From Isoptericola halotolerans (GTDB lineage Bacteria > Actinomycetota > Actinomycetes > Actinomycetales > Cellulomonadaceae), in the NCBI RefSeq assembly GCF_013149785.1, contig NZ_JABEZU010000002.1, forward strand, positions 806,001 to 870,000: a stretch of DNA of 64,000 nucleotides, read 5' to 3'. How positions within the stretch are numbered: position 1 is the stretch's first letter; the number at the start of each line of letters is the position of its first letter. The notes under the pieces are model-generated. The model ran no database searches, was not told the DNA's origin, and saw nothing but the letters and a program-made list of their open reading frames with translations. Both the position numbers and the translations under genes were made by a program. Positions 42,832-52,540 of this stretch are shown here, one piece after another.

Positions 42832-45350
42832 CCCAGCCATCCCCCCGCCGCCGTGCCGTCGAGCTCCACGAGGGCTGGACGGTCCGCAGCACGTCCCGGG
42901 CGGTACCCGGCCACCTCGCCGAGCGGCTCGCAGGGGCCGGCGTCCCGGCCGAGGTGCCCGGTTGCGTCCACACCGACCTGCTGGCGGCCGAGGCGATCCC
43001 GGACCCGTACCTCGACGACCACGAGCGCCTGCTGACGTGGATCGGTCGCAGCGACTGGGAGTACGCCACGACGTTCACCCACCGCGCCGACGGCCACGAC
43101 CGGCACGAGCTCGCCTTCGACGGCCTCGACACGGTCGCCACGGTGCTGCTCAACGGCGTCGAGGTCGCCCGCACGGCCAACCAGCACCGGTCCTACCGGT
43201 TCGACGTCACCGGGCTGCTGCGCGAGGGCGACAACGAGCTCGTGGTGCGGTTCGCCGCGCCGGTGCCGTTCGCCGACGCGCAGAGCCTCGCCCTGGGCCA
43301 GCGTCCGCAGGTCAACCACCACCCGTTCAACGCGATGCGCAAGATGGCGGCCAACTTCGGGTGGGACTGGGGGATCGACGCCGCCACCGCCGGCATCTGG
43401 CGCCCGGTCCGTCTGGAGTCGTGGTCGGCGGCGAGACTCGGCACCGTGACGACGACGGCGACGGCGGACGCCGCGACGGGGGCCGGGCGTCTCGAGGTGC
43501 GTGCCGCCGTCGAGCGGGCGCCCGGCGCGCCGGACGAGACGCTCGAGGTCACCGTGCGGCTCACGGGTCGGGGGGTCGAGCACACCGGGACCACGAGGGT
43601 GACGGCCGGCGACGACCTCGCGACGCTGCGCCTGGAGGTGTCGGACGCCGAGCTCTGGTGGCCCCGCGGGTACGGGGACCAGCCGCTGTACGACGTCGAG
43701 GTGACCCTCGCCGCCGACAGCGCACCGCTCGACGCGTGGACCACGCGCAGCGGGTTCCGTTCGGTGCGTCTGGACATGACCCCCGACGACGACGGCACGT
43801 CGTTCGTCCTGGTCGTCAACGACCGTCCCGTGTGGGTCAAGGGAGCCAACTGGATCCCCGACGACGCGTTCGTCCACCGCGTCGACCGCGCGCGCTACGA
43901 CCGCCGGATCGTGCAGGCCGAGTCGGCGGGGATCAACCTGCTGCGGGTGTGGGGCGGCGGCATCTACGAGTCGACCGAGTTCTACGAGCTGTGCGACGAG
44001 CGCGGGATCCTGACCTGGCAGGACTTCGCCTTCGCCTGCGCGGCCTACGCCGAGGAGGAGCCGCTGCGCGCCGAGGTCGAGGCGGAGGCCCGCGAACAGG
44101 TCGCCCGCCTGGCACCGCACCCGTCGCTGGTGCTGTGGAACGGCTCCAACGAGAACATCTGGGGATTCCACGACTGGGGCTGGCCGGCGGTGCTCGACGG
44201 CCGCACCTGGGGACTGGGCTACTACACCGAGCTGCTGCCCCGCGTCGTGGAGCAGGTCGACGGCACCCGGCCCTACACGCCGTCCAGCCCGTGGTCCGGC
44301 TCGCTCGACGTGCACCCCAACGACGTCCGGCACGGGTCGATGCACTCCTGGGAGGTGTGGAACCAGCTCGACTGGACGCACTACCGCGACGACGTCCCCC
44401 GGTTCATGGCGGAGTTCGGCTGGCAGGGGCCACCCACCTGGGCCACGCTCACCCGTGCGGTGAGCGACGCGCCCCTGACGCCGGAGTCGCCCGGCATGCA
44501 GGTGCACCAGAAGGCGACGGAGGGCAACAAGAAGCTCGGCCAGGGGCTCGCCACCCACCTGCGGGTCCCCGACGACATGGACGACTGGCACTGGGCGATG
44601 TCCTGGAACCAGGCCACCGCCGTCCGCGTGGCCGTCGAGCACCTGCGCTCCTGGGGGCCACGCTGCATGGGGTCGGTCGTCTGGCAGCTCAACGACTGCT
44701 GGCCCGTGACCTCGTGGGCGGCCGTCGACGGCGACGAGCGTCCCAAGCCGCTGCTGTACGCGCTCGGGCAGGCCCACGCCGACCGGCTGGTGACGATCCA
44801 GCCGCGGCCCTCCGAGCAGGCCGGCACCCTGGCGGCGGTGCTCGTCAACGACACCGACGAACCCTGGACCGGGGACCTCGTCGTCCAGCGTCTCGACCTC
44901 GCCGGGACCGAGCTCGCCAAGGGGCGTGAGGCCGTCCGGGTCGCGGCGCGCGGCACGCTCACGGTGCCGTTGCCCGACGACGTCGCGGCCACCGCCGACC
45001 CCGGGACCGAGCTGGTGCGCGCCACGGTCGGCACGGAGCGGGCGCTGTGGTTCTTCGCCGAACCGCGTGACTCCGGGCTGGAGGCACCGGCGCTGACCAC
45101 GGCCGTCACCGCCGTCGACGGCGGGTACCGGGTGGACGTCCGTGCCGAGAACCTGGTGCGGGACCTCACGCTGCTGGTGGACAAGGTCCACCCGGACGCC
45201 CGCGTGGACGAGCAGATGGTCACGCTGCTGCCCGGCGAGAGCACCGAGCTGAGGGTCCGCGTGCCCGACGGCGTCGCCCTCGACGCCGGTTCGCTGACGG
45301 CCGGGCCCGTGCTCCGGTCGCTCAACCAGCTCGTCGCAGGTGCCCGGTGA
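42828..45350 (+). CDS. GH2 beta-mannosidase
   Basis: FGWDWG, KGANWIP, LRVWGGG.YE, WQDFAFAC, WNGSNE, FMAEFG, WQLNDCWP. Confidence 0.9.
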   Translation: MTQPSPRRRAVELHEGWTVRSTSRAVPGHLAERLAGAGVPAEVPGCVHTDLLAAEAIPDPYLDDHERLLTWIGRSDWEYATTFTHRADGHDRHELAFDGLDTVATVLLNGVEVARTANQHRSYRFDVTGLLREGDNELVVRFAAPVPFADAQSLALGQRPQVNHHPFNAMRKMAANFGWDWGIDAATAGIWRPVRLESWSAARLGTVTTTATADAATGAGRLEVRAAVERAPGAPDETLEVTVRLTGRGVEHTGTTRVTAGDDLATLRLEVSDAELWWPRGYGDQPLYDVEVTLAADSAPLDAWTTRSGFRSVRLDMTPDDDGTSFVLVVNDRPVWVKGANWIPDDAFVHRVDRARYDRRIVQAESAGINLLRVWGGGIYESTEFYELCDERGILTWQDFAFACAAYAEEEPLRAEVEAEAREQVARLAPHPSLVLWNGSNENIWGFHDWGWPAVLDGRTWGLGYYTELLPRVVEQVDGTRPYTPSSPWSGSLDVHPNDVRHGSMHSWEVWNQLDWTHYRDDVPRFMAEFGWQGPPTWATLTRAVSDAPLTPESPGMQVHQKATEGNKKLGQGLATHLRVPDDMDDWHWAMSWNQATAVRVAVEHLRSWGPRCMGSVVWQLNDCWPVTSWAAVDGDERPKPLLYALGQAHADRLVTIQPRPSEQAGTLAAVLVNDTDEPWTGDLVVQRLDLAGTELAKGREAVRVAARGTLTVPLPDDVAATADPGTELVRATVGTERALWFFAEPRDSGLEAPALTTAVTAVDGGYRVDVRAENLVRDLTLLVDKVHPDARVDEQMVTLLPGESTELRVRVPDGVALDAGSLTAGPVLRSLNQLVAGAR

Positions 45351-46318
45351 GCGCCGTCGTGCCGCTGCCCGGCGGTCCCGTCCTCGGGATGACGTGGGGC
45401 TGGACCGGTGTGCGCGGCACCTGGGGCACCCCGGGGGCCGAGGCGTCGATGGACGCGATGGTCACCGAGCTGGCCACCACCTGGACGGCGGTGACCTACG
45501 CCGCCGAGCAGGCCACCGCCCAGTCCACGCGGATCCCGTTCCGCGACGCCCCGGCGCTCACCGACGAGGAGGTCCGCTGGGCCGTGCGGGCCGCCAGGGC
45601 ACGGGGGCAGAAGGTCTGCCTCAAGCCGGTCGTCAACGTCGCGGACGGCACCTGGCGCGCCCACATCGGGTTCCTGCACCCCGACGTGCCGAACGAGCCG
45701 ACCTGGGACGAGTGGTTCGCCTCCTACACCGCGTTCGTGGTCCACCACGCCCGGATCGCGGCCGAGGAGGGCGCGGAGATGTTCTGCGTGGGCTGCGAGA
45801 TGGTGCGCTCCGACGAGCACGCCGAGTCCTGGCGCGCGGTGGTGGCCGCCGTGCGCGAGGTGTACGACGGCCTGGTGACCTACAACTGCGACAAGTACCA
45901 GGAGGACCGCCTCACCTGGTGGGACGCCGTCGACGTGATGAGCGCCTCGGGGTACTACCCGCTGGGGGAGTGGGAGGCGCAGCTCGACCGCATCGAGCCG
46001 GTCGTCGCCCGGGAGAGCAAGCCGTTCTTCTTCATGGAGACCGGCTGCCCGAGCCGCGCCGGGTCCGCGGCGCTGCCCAACGACTGGACGCTGCAGGGCC
46101 CGCCCGACCCCGACGAGCAGGCCCGTTGGTACGCCGACATGCTGACGGCGACGGCGGCGCGTCCCTGGGTGCAGGGCTGGGTGCTGTGGGACTGGCCCGC
46201 CACGCTCTACCCGCCCCAGGACGCTGTCACGAACGACGACTACTGCCCCTCCGGCAAGCCGGCCGCCGCCGTCGTCGCGGAGACGTACCGGCGTCTGGCA
46301 GCGGGGCCCCGGCCGTGA
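45347..46318 (+). CDS. GH113 beta-mannanase / oligomannosidase (no signal peptide)
   Basis: GMTWGW..RGTW, VCLKPVVN..DGTWRAHI, VGCE, YNCDKYQE, SGYYP, FFMETGCPS, LWDW. Confidence 0.82.
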   Translation: MSAVVPLPGGPVLGMTWGWTGVRGTWGTPGAEASMDAMVTELATTWTAVTYAAEQATAQSTRIPFRDAPALTDEEVRWAVRAARARGQKVCLKPVVNVADGTWRAHIGFLHPDVPNEPTWDEWFASYTAFVVHHARIAAEEGAEMFCVGCEMVRSDEHAESWRAVVAAVREVYDGLVTYNCDKYQEDRLTWWDAVDVMSASGYYPLGEWEAQLDRIEPVVARESKPFFFMETGCPSRAGSAALPNDWTLQGPPDPDEQARWYADMLTATAARPWVQGWVLWDWPATLYPPQDAVTNDDYCPSGKPAAAVVAETYRRLAAGPRP

Positions 46319-48474
46319 GCATCGTCCACCTGCGGGCCGGCGGGGTGAGCCTGGTCCTGGACGTCACCGGTGACCGGCTGCCGGTGGTGGTGCACTGGGG
46401 AGCCGACCTCGGCGACGAGCCGGACGAGGTGCTGCAGGAGCTGCGGACCGCCACGCAGCCCCAGCCCTTCGGCTACCCGGTGGACGGCCCCATGCCGGTC
46501 TCGCTGCTGCCCGAGGCCTCGGCGGGCTGGCCCGGCGCGCGCGGGGTGACCGGTCACCGGGCCGGAGCGGCGCCGTCGACCCGGTTCGTCGTGTCCCGGG
46601 TCGACCACGCCGGACGGGACGCCCCGTGGGCGACCGGCGTCGTCGTGCACGCCGGTGACGACGCGGCCGGGCTCGACCTGGTGCTCGAGGTCGAGCAGGC
46701 CCGCAGCGGGCTCCTGCGGCTGCGGGCCACCGTGACCGCCCGGGGCGACGTGGCGGGCACGTACGACCTCGGCGGCGTCCTGCCCGCGCTGCCCGTGCCG
46801 GCCCGAGCCACCGAGCTGCTCGACTTCACCGGCCACCAGCTCCGCGAACGCGCCCCTCAGCGCCTGCCCTTCGCCCACGGCACCCACGAGCGCAGCGGCC
46901 ACCGCGGCCGTCCGGGGTTCGACTCCGGGTACCTGCTCTGCGCCGGGGAGCCCGGGTTCGGCGCCCGCTCGGGCGAGGTGTGGGCCGTGCACGCCGGCTG
47001 GTCCGGCAACCAGCGGATGCACGCCGAACGCTCGTACCACGGTGTCTGCCTGCTGGCCGCCGGCGAGCTCCTCGAGCCCGGCGAGGTCCGGCTCGCGCCG
47101 GGCGAGAGCTACGTCGCGCCCTGGACGTACGCCACCTACGGCACCGGGCTCGACGACGCGAGCGCCCGCGTGCACGACTGGCTGCGTGCCCGACCTGGAC
47201 ACCCGCGCACACCTCGACCCGTGGTGGTGAACACCTGGGAGGCCGTCACGTTCGACCACTCCCTCGACCGTCTCACGGCGCTCGCCGACGCCGCCGCATC
47301 GGTCGGCGCCGAGCGGTTTGTGCTCGACGACGGATGGTTCGGCGCCCGGCGGGACGACCGGGCGGGGCTGGGCGACTGGACCGTCGCGCGCGACGTCTAC
47401 CCCGAGGGGTTGTGGCCGCTGGTGGACCACGTGCGCGGGCTCGGGATGGACGTCGGGCTCTGGGTCGAGCCGGAGATGGTCAACCCGGACTCCGGCGTCG
47501 CCCGGGCGCACCCCGAGTGGTTGCTCACAGCGCCCGGGGGCCGCGCACCCGGACAAGCACGGCACCAGCAGGTGCTCGACCTGGCCGACCCGGGGGCGTA
47601 CGCCCACGTGCTCGGTCAGCTCGACGCGCTCCTCGACGAGTACCCCATCGCCTCCCTCAAGTGGGACCACAACCGGGAGATCGGTGAGGCCGGGCTGCCG
47701 CCGTCGGGCCGCGGTGCGGTCCGGGGACAGACGCTGGCCGTCTACCGGTTGATGGACACCCTTCGCTCACGCCACCCGGGGCTCGAGATCGAGACCTGCG
47801 CCTCCGGCGGCGGTCGCGTGGACCTCGGGATGCTGTCCCGCACCGACCGCATCTGGGCGTCGGACTCCACCGACGCCCACGAGCGCGCCGCGATCCAGCG
47901 GTGGACCTCCCTGCTCGTGCCGTACGAGCTGCTCGGGGCGCACGTCTCCGCGCCGGTGGCGCCGACGTCGGACCGCGCGCTGCCGCTGGACTTCCGGTGC
48001 GCGGTCGCCCTGTTCGGGCACTTCGGGATCGAGTGGGACGTCACCGAGGCGACCGAGGCCGAGCGGGAGCGGCTCGCCGCCTGGGTGGCGTGCTACCGGG
48101 AGCGCCGCGGGCTGCTGCACTCGGGTCGGGTGGTGCACGCCGAGGTGCCGGACCCCGCGTACGACCTGCACGGTGTCGTCGCGCACGACGGCTCCGAGGC
48201 GCTGTACGCCTGGGTGTGCACCGCGTCGTCGGACACCTGGCCGCCGCCGGCGGTACGGCTGCCGGGGCTGGACCCGGACCGGACGTACCGCGTCGCGCTC
48301 GACGGCCCGGCGCGCGACCTCGAGGGTGTCGCCGCTCGTTGGGGAGTGTCGCTGCCGTGGGTCGACGCCGGGGGAGCGGAGCTGCCGGGACGGCTGCTGG
48401 CGGAGGTGGGGCTGGCGATGCCGGTGCTGTTCGCCGACCGCGCGGTGCTCCTGCGCGTCAGTGCGACCAGCTGA
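46315..48474 (+). CDS. GH36 alpha-galactosidase
   Basis: NTWEA, FVLDDGWFG, GLWVEPEMV, LKWDHNR, CASGGGRVD, WASD; GTGA overlap. Confidence 0.93.
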   Translation: MSIVHLRAGGVSLVLDVTGDRLPVVVHWGADLGDEPDEVLQELRTATQPQPFGYPVDGPMPVSLLPEASAGWPGARGVTGHRAGAAPSTRFVVSRVDHAGRDAPWATGVVVHAGDDAAGLDLVLEVEQARSGLLRLRATVTARGDVAGTYDLGGVLPALPVPARATELLDFTGHQLRERAPQRLPFAHGTHERSGHRGRPGFDSGYLLCAGEPGFGARSGEVWAVHAGWSGNQRMHAERSYHGVCLLAAGELLEPGEVRLAPGESYVAPWTYATYGTGLDDASARVHDWLRARPGHPRTPRPVVVNTWEAVTFDHSLDRLTALADAAASVGAERFVLDDGWFGARRDDRAGLGDWTVARDVYPEGLWPLVDHVRGLGMDVGLWVEPEMVNPDSGVARAHPEWLLTAPGGRAPGQARHQQVLDLADPGAYAHVLGQLDALLDEYPIASLKWDHNREIGEAGLPPSGRGAVRGQTLAVYRLMDTLRSRHPGLEIETCASGGGRVDLGMLSRTDRIWASDSTDAHERAAIQRWTSLLVPYELLGAHVSAPVAPTSDRALPLDFRCAVALFGHFGIEWDVTEATEAERERLAAWVACYRERRGLLHSGRVVHAEVPDPAYDLHGVVAHDGSEALYAWVCTASSDTWPPPAVRLPGLDPDRTYRVALDGPARDLEGVAARWGVSLPWVDAGGAELPGRLLAEVGLAMPVLFADRAVLLRVSATS

Positions 48475-48485
48475 GCACCCGGTCG
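48474..48485 (+). repeat. 12-bp direct repeat AGCACCCGGTCG, left copy
   Basis: Identical to 51133-51144; sits at the left edge of the lower-GC segment. Confidence 0.7.
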
Positions 48486-48563
48486 TCCGATAGCCACGCT
48501 GGCAGTGAACGCCGGCGGGATAGTCACTGCTCTCCGCCGAGGCCCATGTGGGTGCGTCGCCGA

Positions 48564-49226
48564 CTAAGTTCGAAAGATTGCCCCATTCTCGCCACTATGA
48601 GCTCGGCCTCCGAGGCAGGCCTGGACAGCAGTCGTGGTGTCCTTCACGAGCCGTTGAAACGACGGCAGGCTAGAGACGGGACCGTCCGGGTCGAGGCGCT
48701 CCAGTAAGGTGCTGCGATGGAGTCCGAAGTCGCGGCGCACGCGCCGCAGACGCTTGCCGGAACTCTCGCTGGCGGCTACGCAGGCGCGCGCAAGTATCTC
48801 CTTCGGTTGCTTGGCGGCCTCAATGCGTTGGAGTTTCGGGAGTCCCAGCGGAGTCTTCCCGGACGGGCGCCCCACGACGTCGCGGATGGCCTGCTCATCG
48901 GTCAGGAGCCAAGCTTCCGTCTCCTGTACTGGAACAACGGGAACGCCGGCAACTCTGGCCTCCGCAAAAGCGCTGTTTACTTCGGCGAGGCGCGGGCCCG
49001 AGTCTTCAGTGTCTGCATCGCGATGTAGGAATACTAGGTCATACGGGGTTACCATCTCGGCGAGAAGGGAGTCGACCTTCTGTCGAGATGTCCCGCTGCA
49101 CGGAAACGGCACACCGGTCACCTCGTCGGCGCCGGCGCGGCGCACTAGTTCCCGCAGTACGACCACCACGGACCGGTCGCTCGGACCTTCGCCGATGAAG
49201 GCGAATGAGATCGTGCTCGACGACAT
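48564..49226 (-). CDS. TOPRIM-like protein (DUF4276-like)
   Basis: FIGEGPSD, FLHRDAD (DxD), ETEAWLL, PKEIL, LPSFQRL; 1-bp overlap with the ATPase stop. Confidence 0.72.
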   Translation of the reverse strand: MSSSTISFAFIGEGPSDRSVVVVLRELVRRAGADEVTGVPFPCSGTSRQKVDSLLAEMVTPYDLVFLHRDADTEDSGPRLAEVNSAFAEARVAGVPVVPVQETEAWLLTDEQAIRDVVGRPSGKTPLGLPKLQRIEAAKQPKEILARACVAASESSGKRLRRVRRDFGLHRSTLLERLDPDGPVSSLPSFQRLVKDTTTAVQACLGGRAHSGENGAIFRT

Positions 49227-50641
49227 CAGGCGTCGTCCTCGTCTCCACCAGCTCCCAGCTGGAACGCCAACTGGTCTCCAAGGTTAGTCTTCAGGTAGTC
49301 AACTACGTTGGACTTTGTCATCACCGTCACTGCGGCTGATGCACGCCATGACTCTTGCATGGGATGTAGGCGAACTGTGGTCGCTGCACGTCCACCGCGC
49401 GTTACGGGTGTAGGCATCGCAAGGACTAGATCGTCCTTGTCCTGCTTCCGTACAAACATCGGTGAATGTGTGTTGACGATGACCTGACGCATTGGATTCT
49501 CGTCACCTGGCGCTTCGTCGGGATCAACGGCGAGATCGTGCACGAGGTCTACCATTGCTTGGATTCTCGCTGGATGGATCCCGTTCTCGGGCTCCTCCAT
49601 GCAGATTACGCCATCGAATTCCGGGTCAGCTTCCATGATGCTCAACGCAAGAAACCGCAGTGTACCGTCTGAGAGGTTGCGTGCGGGGATTTCCGGGCCG
49701 GCACCGATGCCAGCCTTCAAGGTGAGGAGCTCACGACGCTCGTCGAAATCGACCCGAATACTCCGGACGTCAGTTAGGGCTGACGCTGCCGCGGCAACCC
49801 GTGAGTTGATGTCAGTATCGGCGGTACCCATGCGCAGTAGGGCCGCGGCCAAGTGGGCTCCGTTTGGCGATACCGATGTAGGCGCGGTAACCTCGTCCGG
49901 CTGTCGCATTGCGGAAGGTTCGAGTGCAAGCAAATGCCACCGCCTCATTTCGTTCCGCGCAGCAAGGATCGTCGGAGCATCAACAGTGGTAGTAGTGCTA
50001 ACAAGCGTCCTTGGCGCGCTGGCCGCCGGTGATTTGCGTGGCTGTCCCCGGCTTCCGCCATCTTGGTGGACGTTAATCGTAATATCACCGCTGTCGGTCT
50101 CTGCGGTCGAGATGAAATCTGCGTTGCGGCGGCGGTTGTAGATTGCCGTATCTCGGAATGATTTCTTACCTCGCGTCCATGGCATACGTTGCACCGCTTG
50201 GCCTGCTCGCATGCTCTCCAAGTTTTCCTCAAGAAGTCTGATGGTTGCGCTCCGCCCGAGCGGTCCGGTTTGCGCGGCGGGATGATATTCAAGTACGAGT
50301 TCATAGCGGAGCCAGGTGGTCGTAGCAGAACCCTGTCGGCCGAAATCGTCCGTTACATCGCTCGGAACGATCATCTCTGCGGCGAGTCGCATGCGACGCG
50401 GGCCATTATTGCCATCGTCGAAGAAGAGCATGCCCGGGTCCGCAGGTCCCCCGTCGGTGGACCGGACCATAGCCGCTGCCTCGACAAAGGTCCGATCGGC
50501 AAGAAGTGAAAGAAAAACGATAGCGTCAAATATGTTCGACTTTCCGACTGAGTTTGGCCCCGCAATGCATGTATACGGGCCAAAGTCGGAACTGAACCCC
50601 AAAAGATTCTTGAACCCATCGACTTCGAGTCGCGTCAGCAT
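49226..50641 (-). CDS. ABC-type (AAA_21/AAA_15-like) ATPase
   Basis: MLTRLEVDGFKNL, Walker A GPNSVGKS, signature LSDGT, Walker B/D-loop ICMEEPENGIHP, H-loop NTHSP; TAGGGT 7 nt before ATG 50641. Confidence 0.9.
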   Translation of the reverse strand: MLTRLEVDGFKNLLGFSSDFGPYTCIAGPNSVGKSNIFDAIVFLSLLADRTFVEAAAMVRSTDGGPADPGMLFFDDGNNGPRRMRLAAEMIVPSDVTDDFGRQGSATTTWLRYELVLEYHPAAQTGPLGRSATIRLLEENLESMRAGQAVQRMPWTRGKKSFRDTAIYNRRRNADFISTAETDSGDITINVHQDGGSRGQPRKSPAASAPRTLVSTTTTVDAPTILAARNEMRRWHLLALEPSAMRQPDEVTAPTSVSPNGAHLAAALLRMGTADTDINSRVAAAASALTDVRSIRVDFDERRELLTLKAGIGAGPEIPARNLSDGTLRFLALSIMEADPEFDGVICMEEPENGIHPARIQAMVDLVHDLAVDPDEAPGDENPMRQVIVNTHSPMFVRKQDKDDLVLAMPTPVTRGGRAATTVRLHPMQESWRASAAVTVMTKSNVVDYLKTNLGDQLAFQLGAGGDEDDA

Positions 50642-51122
50642 GCCCATGACCCTACAGAACAATCTGGGCGCTCGGGAGTCCGACGCGCGCACCGTGAACC
50701 ATGTTGCTGCGGCTTCCGTGTCGGCATCGGATCACTAGTGGGGTCGGCGTGTAGGTCATGTCCGGCGACCGGCGGGTAGAAGTGGGCTCGGGGCGATTCG
50801 GTGGGTGGTTCCCGTTCTGCACGATCGCGTGGCAGCACTAGTCTCGGCGTGGTCGTACCGCTCCAGCGTTGCTTGGGAGGGCGGTTTCCGACGGCGTGCC
50901 GTCAGGCAACGCCGTGTCGCGGACCTGCAGGGCGTCTTGCGGGCCAGGAGCACGGCTGGGAAGCACGACGTCGCACCGGGATCGGACCGGGCCAAGAACA
51001 CCACAGAACCAGCATGGTTCGTTGTGGATGTTGGTGCGCGAGGTCTCCAGTCGGCCCGTTGCGACAGGTTCAACCCACCCTGTGTGACGATGTTGCAGAA
51101 GAGGGCTCTTTGCCGTGGCAGG

Positions 51123-52535
51123 TCAGATAGTCAGCACCCGGTCGACGGCGCCGAGCGGGATGGGCAGCCACTCCGGGCGGTGGTGGGTCTCGTAGACGAC
51201 CTCGTACAGCGCCTTGTCCAGGACCAGCGCACGCAGCAGCAGCTCCGCGGTGCCGTCGTCCATCAGGGCGCCGGGCCCCGACGCCGTCGCCGCGGCCGTG
51301 CGGTACCCGTCCACGAACGCCCGGGTCGCCTCCGCCTGCCAGGCGGCCGGGTCCGGTGCCGCCCCGATCGCGGCCGCGTAGTCGAACGACCGCAGCATCC
51401 CGGCCACGTCCCGCAGCGGCAGGTCGGGTCGGGTCCGCTCGGCGACGGGACGTTGCGGCTCGCCCTCGAAGTCGAGCACCTTCCAGGCGCCGTCGCCGAA
51501 CAACGTCTGGCCCAGGTGGAGATCGCCGTGGACGTGCTGGGTCGGCAACGGGTGGGGCAGGGCCGACAGCCGCTCGACGAGCCGGTCGAACAGCGCGGCG
51601 ATCTCGTCGGCGCGGTCCGCCACGGACGGGGCGTCGCCGACCGCGCGCTCGGCCCGCGCACGCAGCCCTGACACGAACGACGCCGCGTCGAGGGAGGGGC
51701 CGGGCGGCAGCACCCGGACCATGCGTTCGTGCAGCTCGGCGACCAGCCGTCCGAGGTCGTGGGCATGACCCGCGAACGACTCGCCGCGGCTCGCCACGTC
51801 GCAGGCCAGCTCGAAGCCGTCGGCCGCGTGCGGCACCAGCTCCGACACGATGGCCAGGTGCACCGGCAGGCCCACCGAGTCTGCGGCCGCCACGTCGATC
51901 TCCAGCGCGCCCAGGAACCGGGGCACCCCGTCCCAGCCGTCCTCGGTCAGTGCCTGGGGGACCACGACGTCGGGGTGCGGCCCGTCGGCCACCGTGCGCA
52001 GGATCTTGAGCATCCCACCCGCTCCACCGGGCGACGGGACGCCGGGCAGGATCACCGAGGTGTTCGACTGCTCGCCGGCCAGCACCCGGCCCCGCTCCGT
52101 GAGGGACTCCGGCCGGCCCTCGACCCCCATCGCCCGCAGCAGCGTCAGCCAGCAGACCGGGTGGGCGCCGCCGTCGTGCACGGCGACCTCGCCGGACGCC
52201 GTGGTGACGGTGTCGATGAAGCCCGGGCCGGGCGTCGCCGGGTCGGTGAGCACCAGCGGGACCTGGACGGTCACCTCGCCGCCCGGCAGGGCGGCCCCGA
52301 CCAGGCGGGTGAGAAGCAGCACGACGTCCGCCGACGTCGCGGCCAGGGCCTCGCCGTCGGGCCCGGTGGTGGTCTCTTCCTCACCGTTCGCCTCGAACGT
52401 GACGGCGAGCCACGGGTCGGCGCGGACCTCGCCGTGACCGGGGTACCAGCGCCGTGTGGGCAGCCAGGTGGCCAGCAGGGCCTCGATGTTCGGGTCGGGT
52501 CCCTCGGCTGCGGTCCGCACGGCGACGTCGATCAT
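51123..52535 (-). CDS. mak: Maltokinase (Pep2)
   Basis: WLPTRRWY, GEQSNTSV, HGDLHLGQ, LDFEGEP, RDVAGMLRSFDYA, DKALYEVVYE..HRPEW; follows treS. Confidence 0.9.
   Translation of the reverse strand: MIDVAVRTAAEGPDPNIEALLATWLPTRRWYPGHGEVRADPWLAVTFEANGEEETTTGPDGEALAATSADVVLLLTRLVGAALPGGEVTVQVPLVLTDPATPGPGFIDTVTTASGEVAVHDGGAHPVCWLTLLRAMGVEGRPESLTERGRVLAGEQSNTSVILPGVPSPGGAGGMLKILRTVADGPHPDVVVPQALTEDGWDGVPRFLGALEIDVAAADSVGLPVHLAIVSELVPHAADGFELACDVASRGESFAGHAHDLGRLVAELHERMVRVLPPGPSLDAASFVSGLRARAERAVGDAPSVADRADEIAALFDRLVERLSALPHPLPTQHVHGDLHLGQTLFGDGAWKVLDFEGEPQRPVAERTRPDLPLRDVAGMLRSFDYAAAIGAAPDPAAWQAEATRAFVDGYRTAAATASGPGALMDDGTAELLLRALVLDKALYEVVYETHHRPEWLPIPLGAVDRVLTI
51133..51144 (+). repeat. 12-bp direct repeat AGCACCCGGTCG, right copy (within last codons of mak)
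   Basis: Identical to 48474-48485. Confidence 0.7.
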
Positions 52536-52540
52536 GGCGG

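Larger units (their letters stand above)
48486..51144. mobile_element. Lower-GC genomic islet (2659 bp) without its own integrase
   Basis: Visible shift to A/T-ending codons; bounded by 12-bp direct repeats; two-gene cargo. Confidence 0.65.

Noticed and set aside
45340..48474. 1044-aa and 1127-aa multidomain glycosidases in the ORF track
   Set aside because: The extensions overlap upstream genes in another frame; GTGA-coupled starts at 42828 and 46315 fit better.
48519..48526. GATAGTCA shared with 51126-51133 as the islet boundary
   Set aside because: Only 8 bp and internal to the longer 12-bp repeat pair, which fits the boundaries better.
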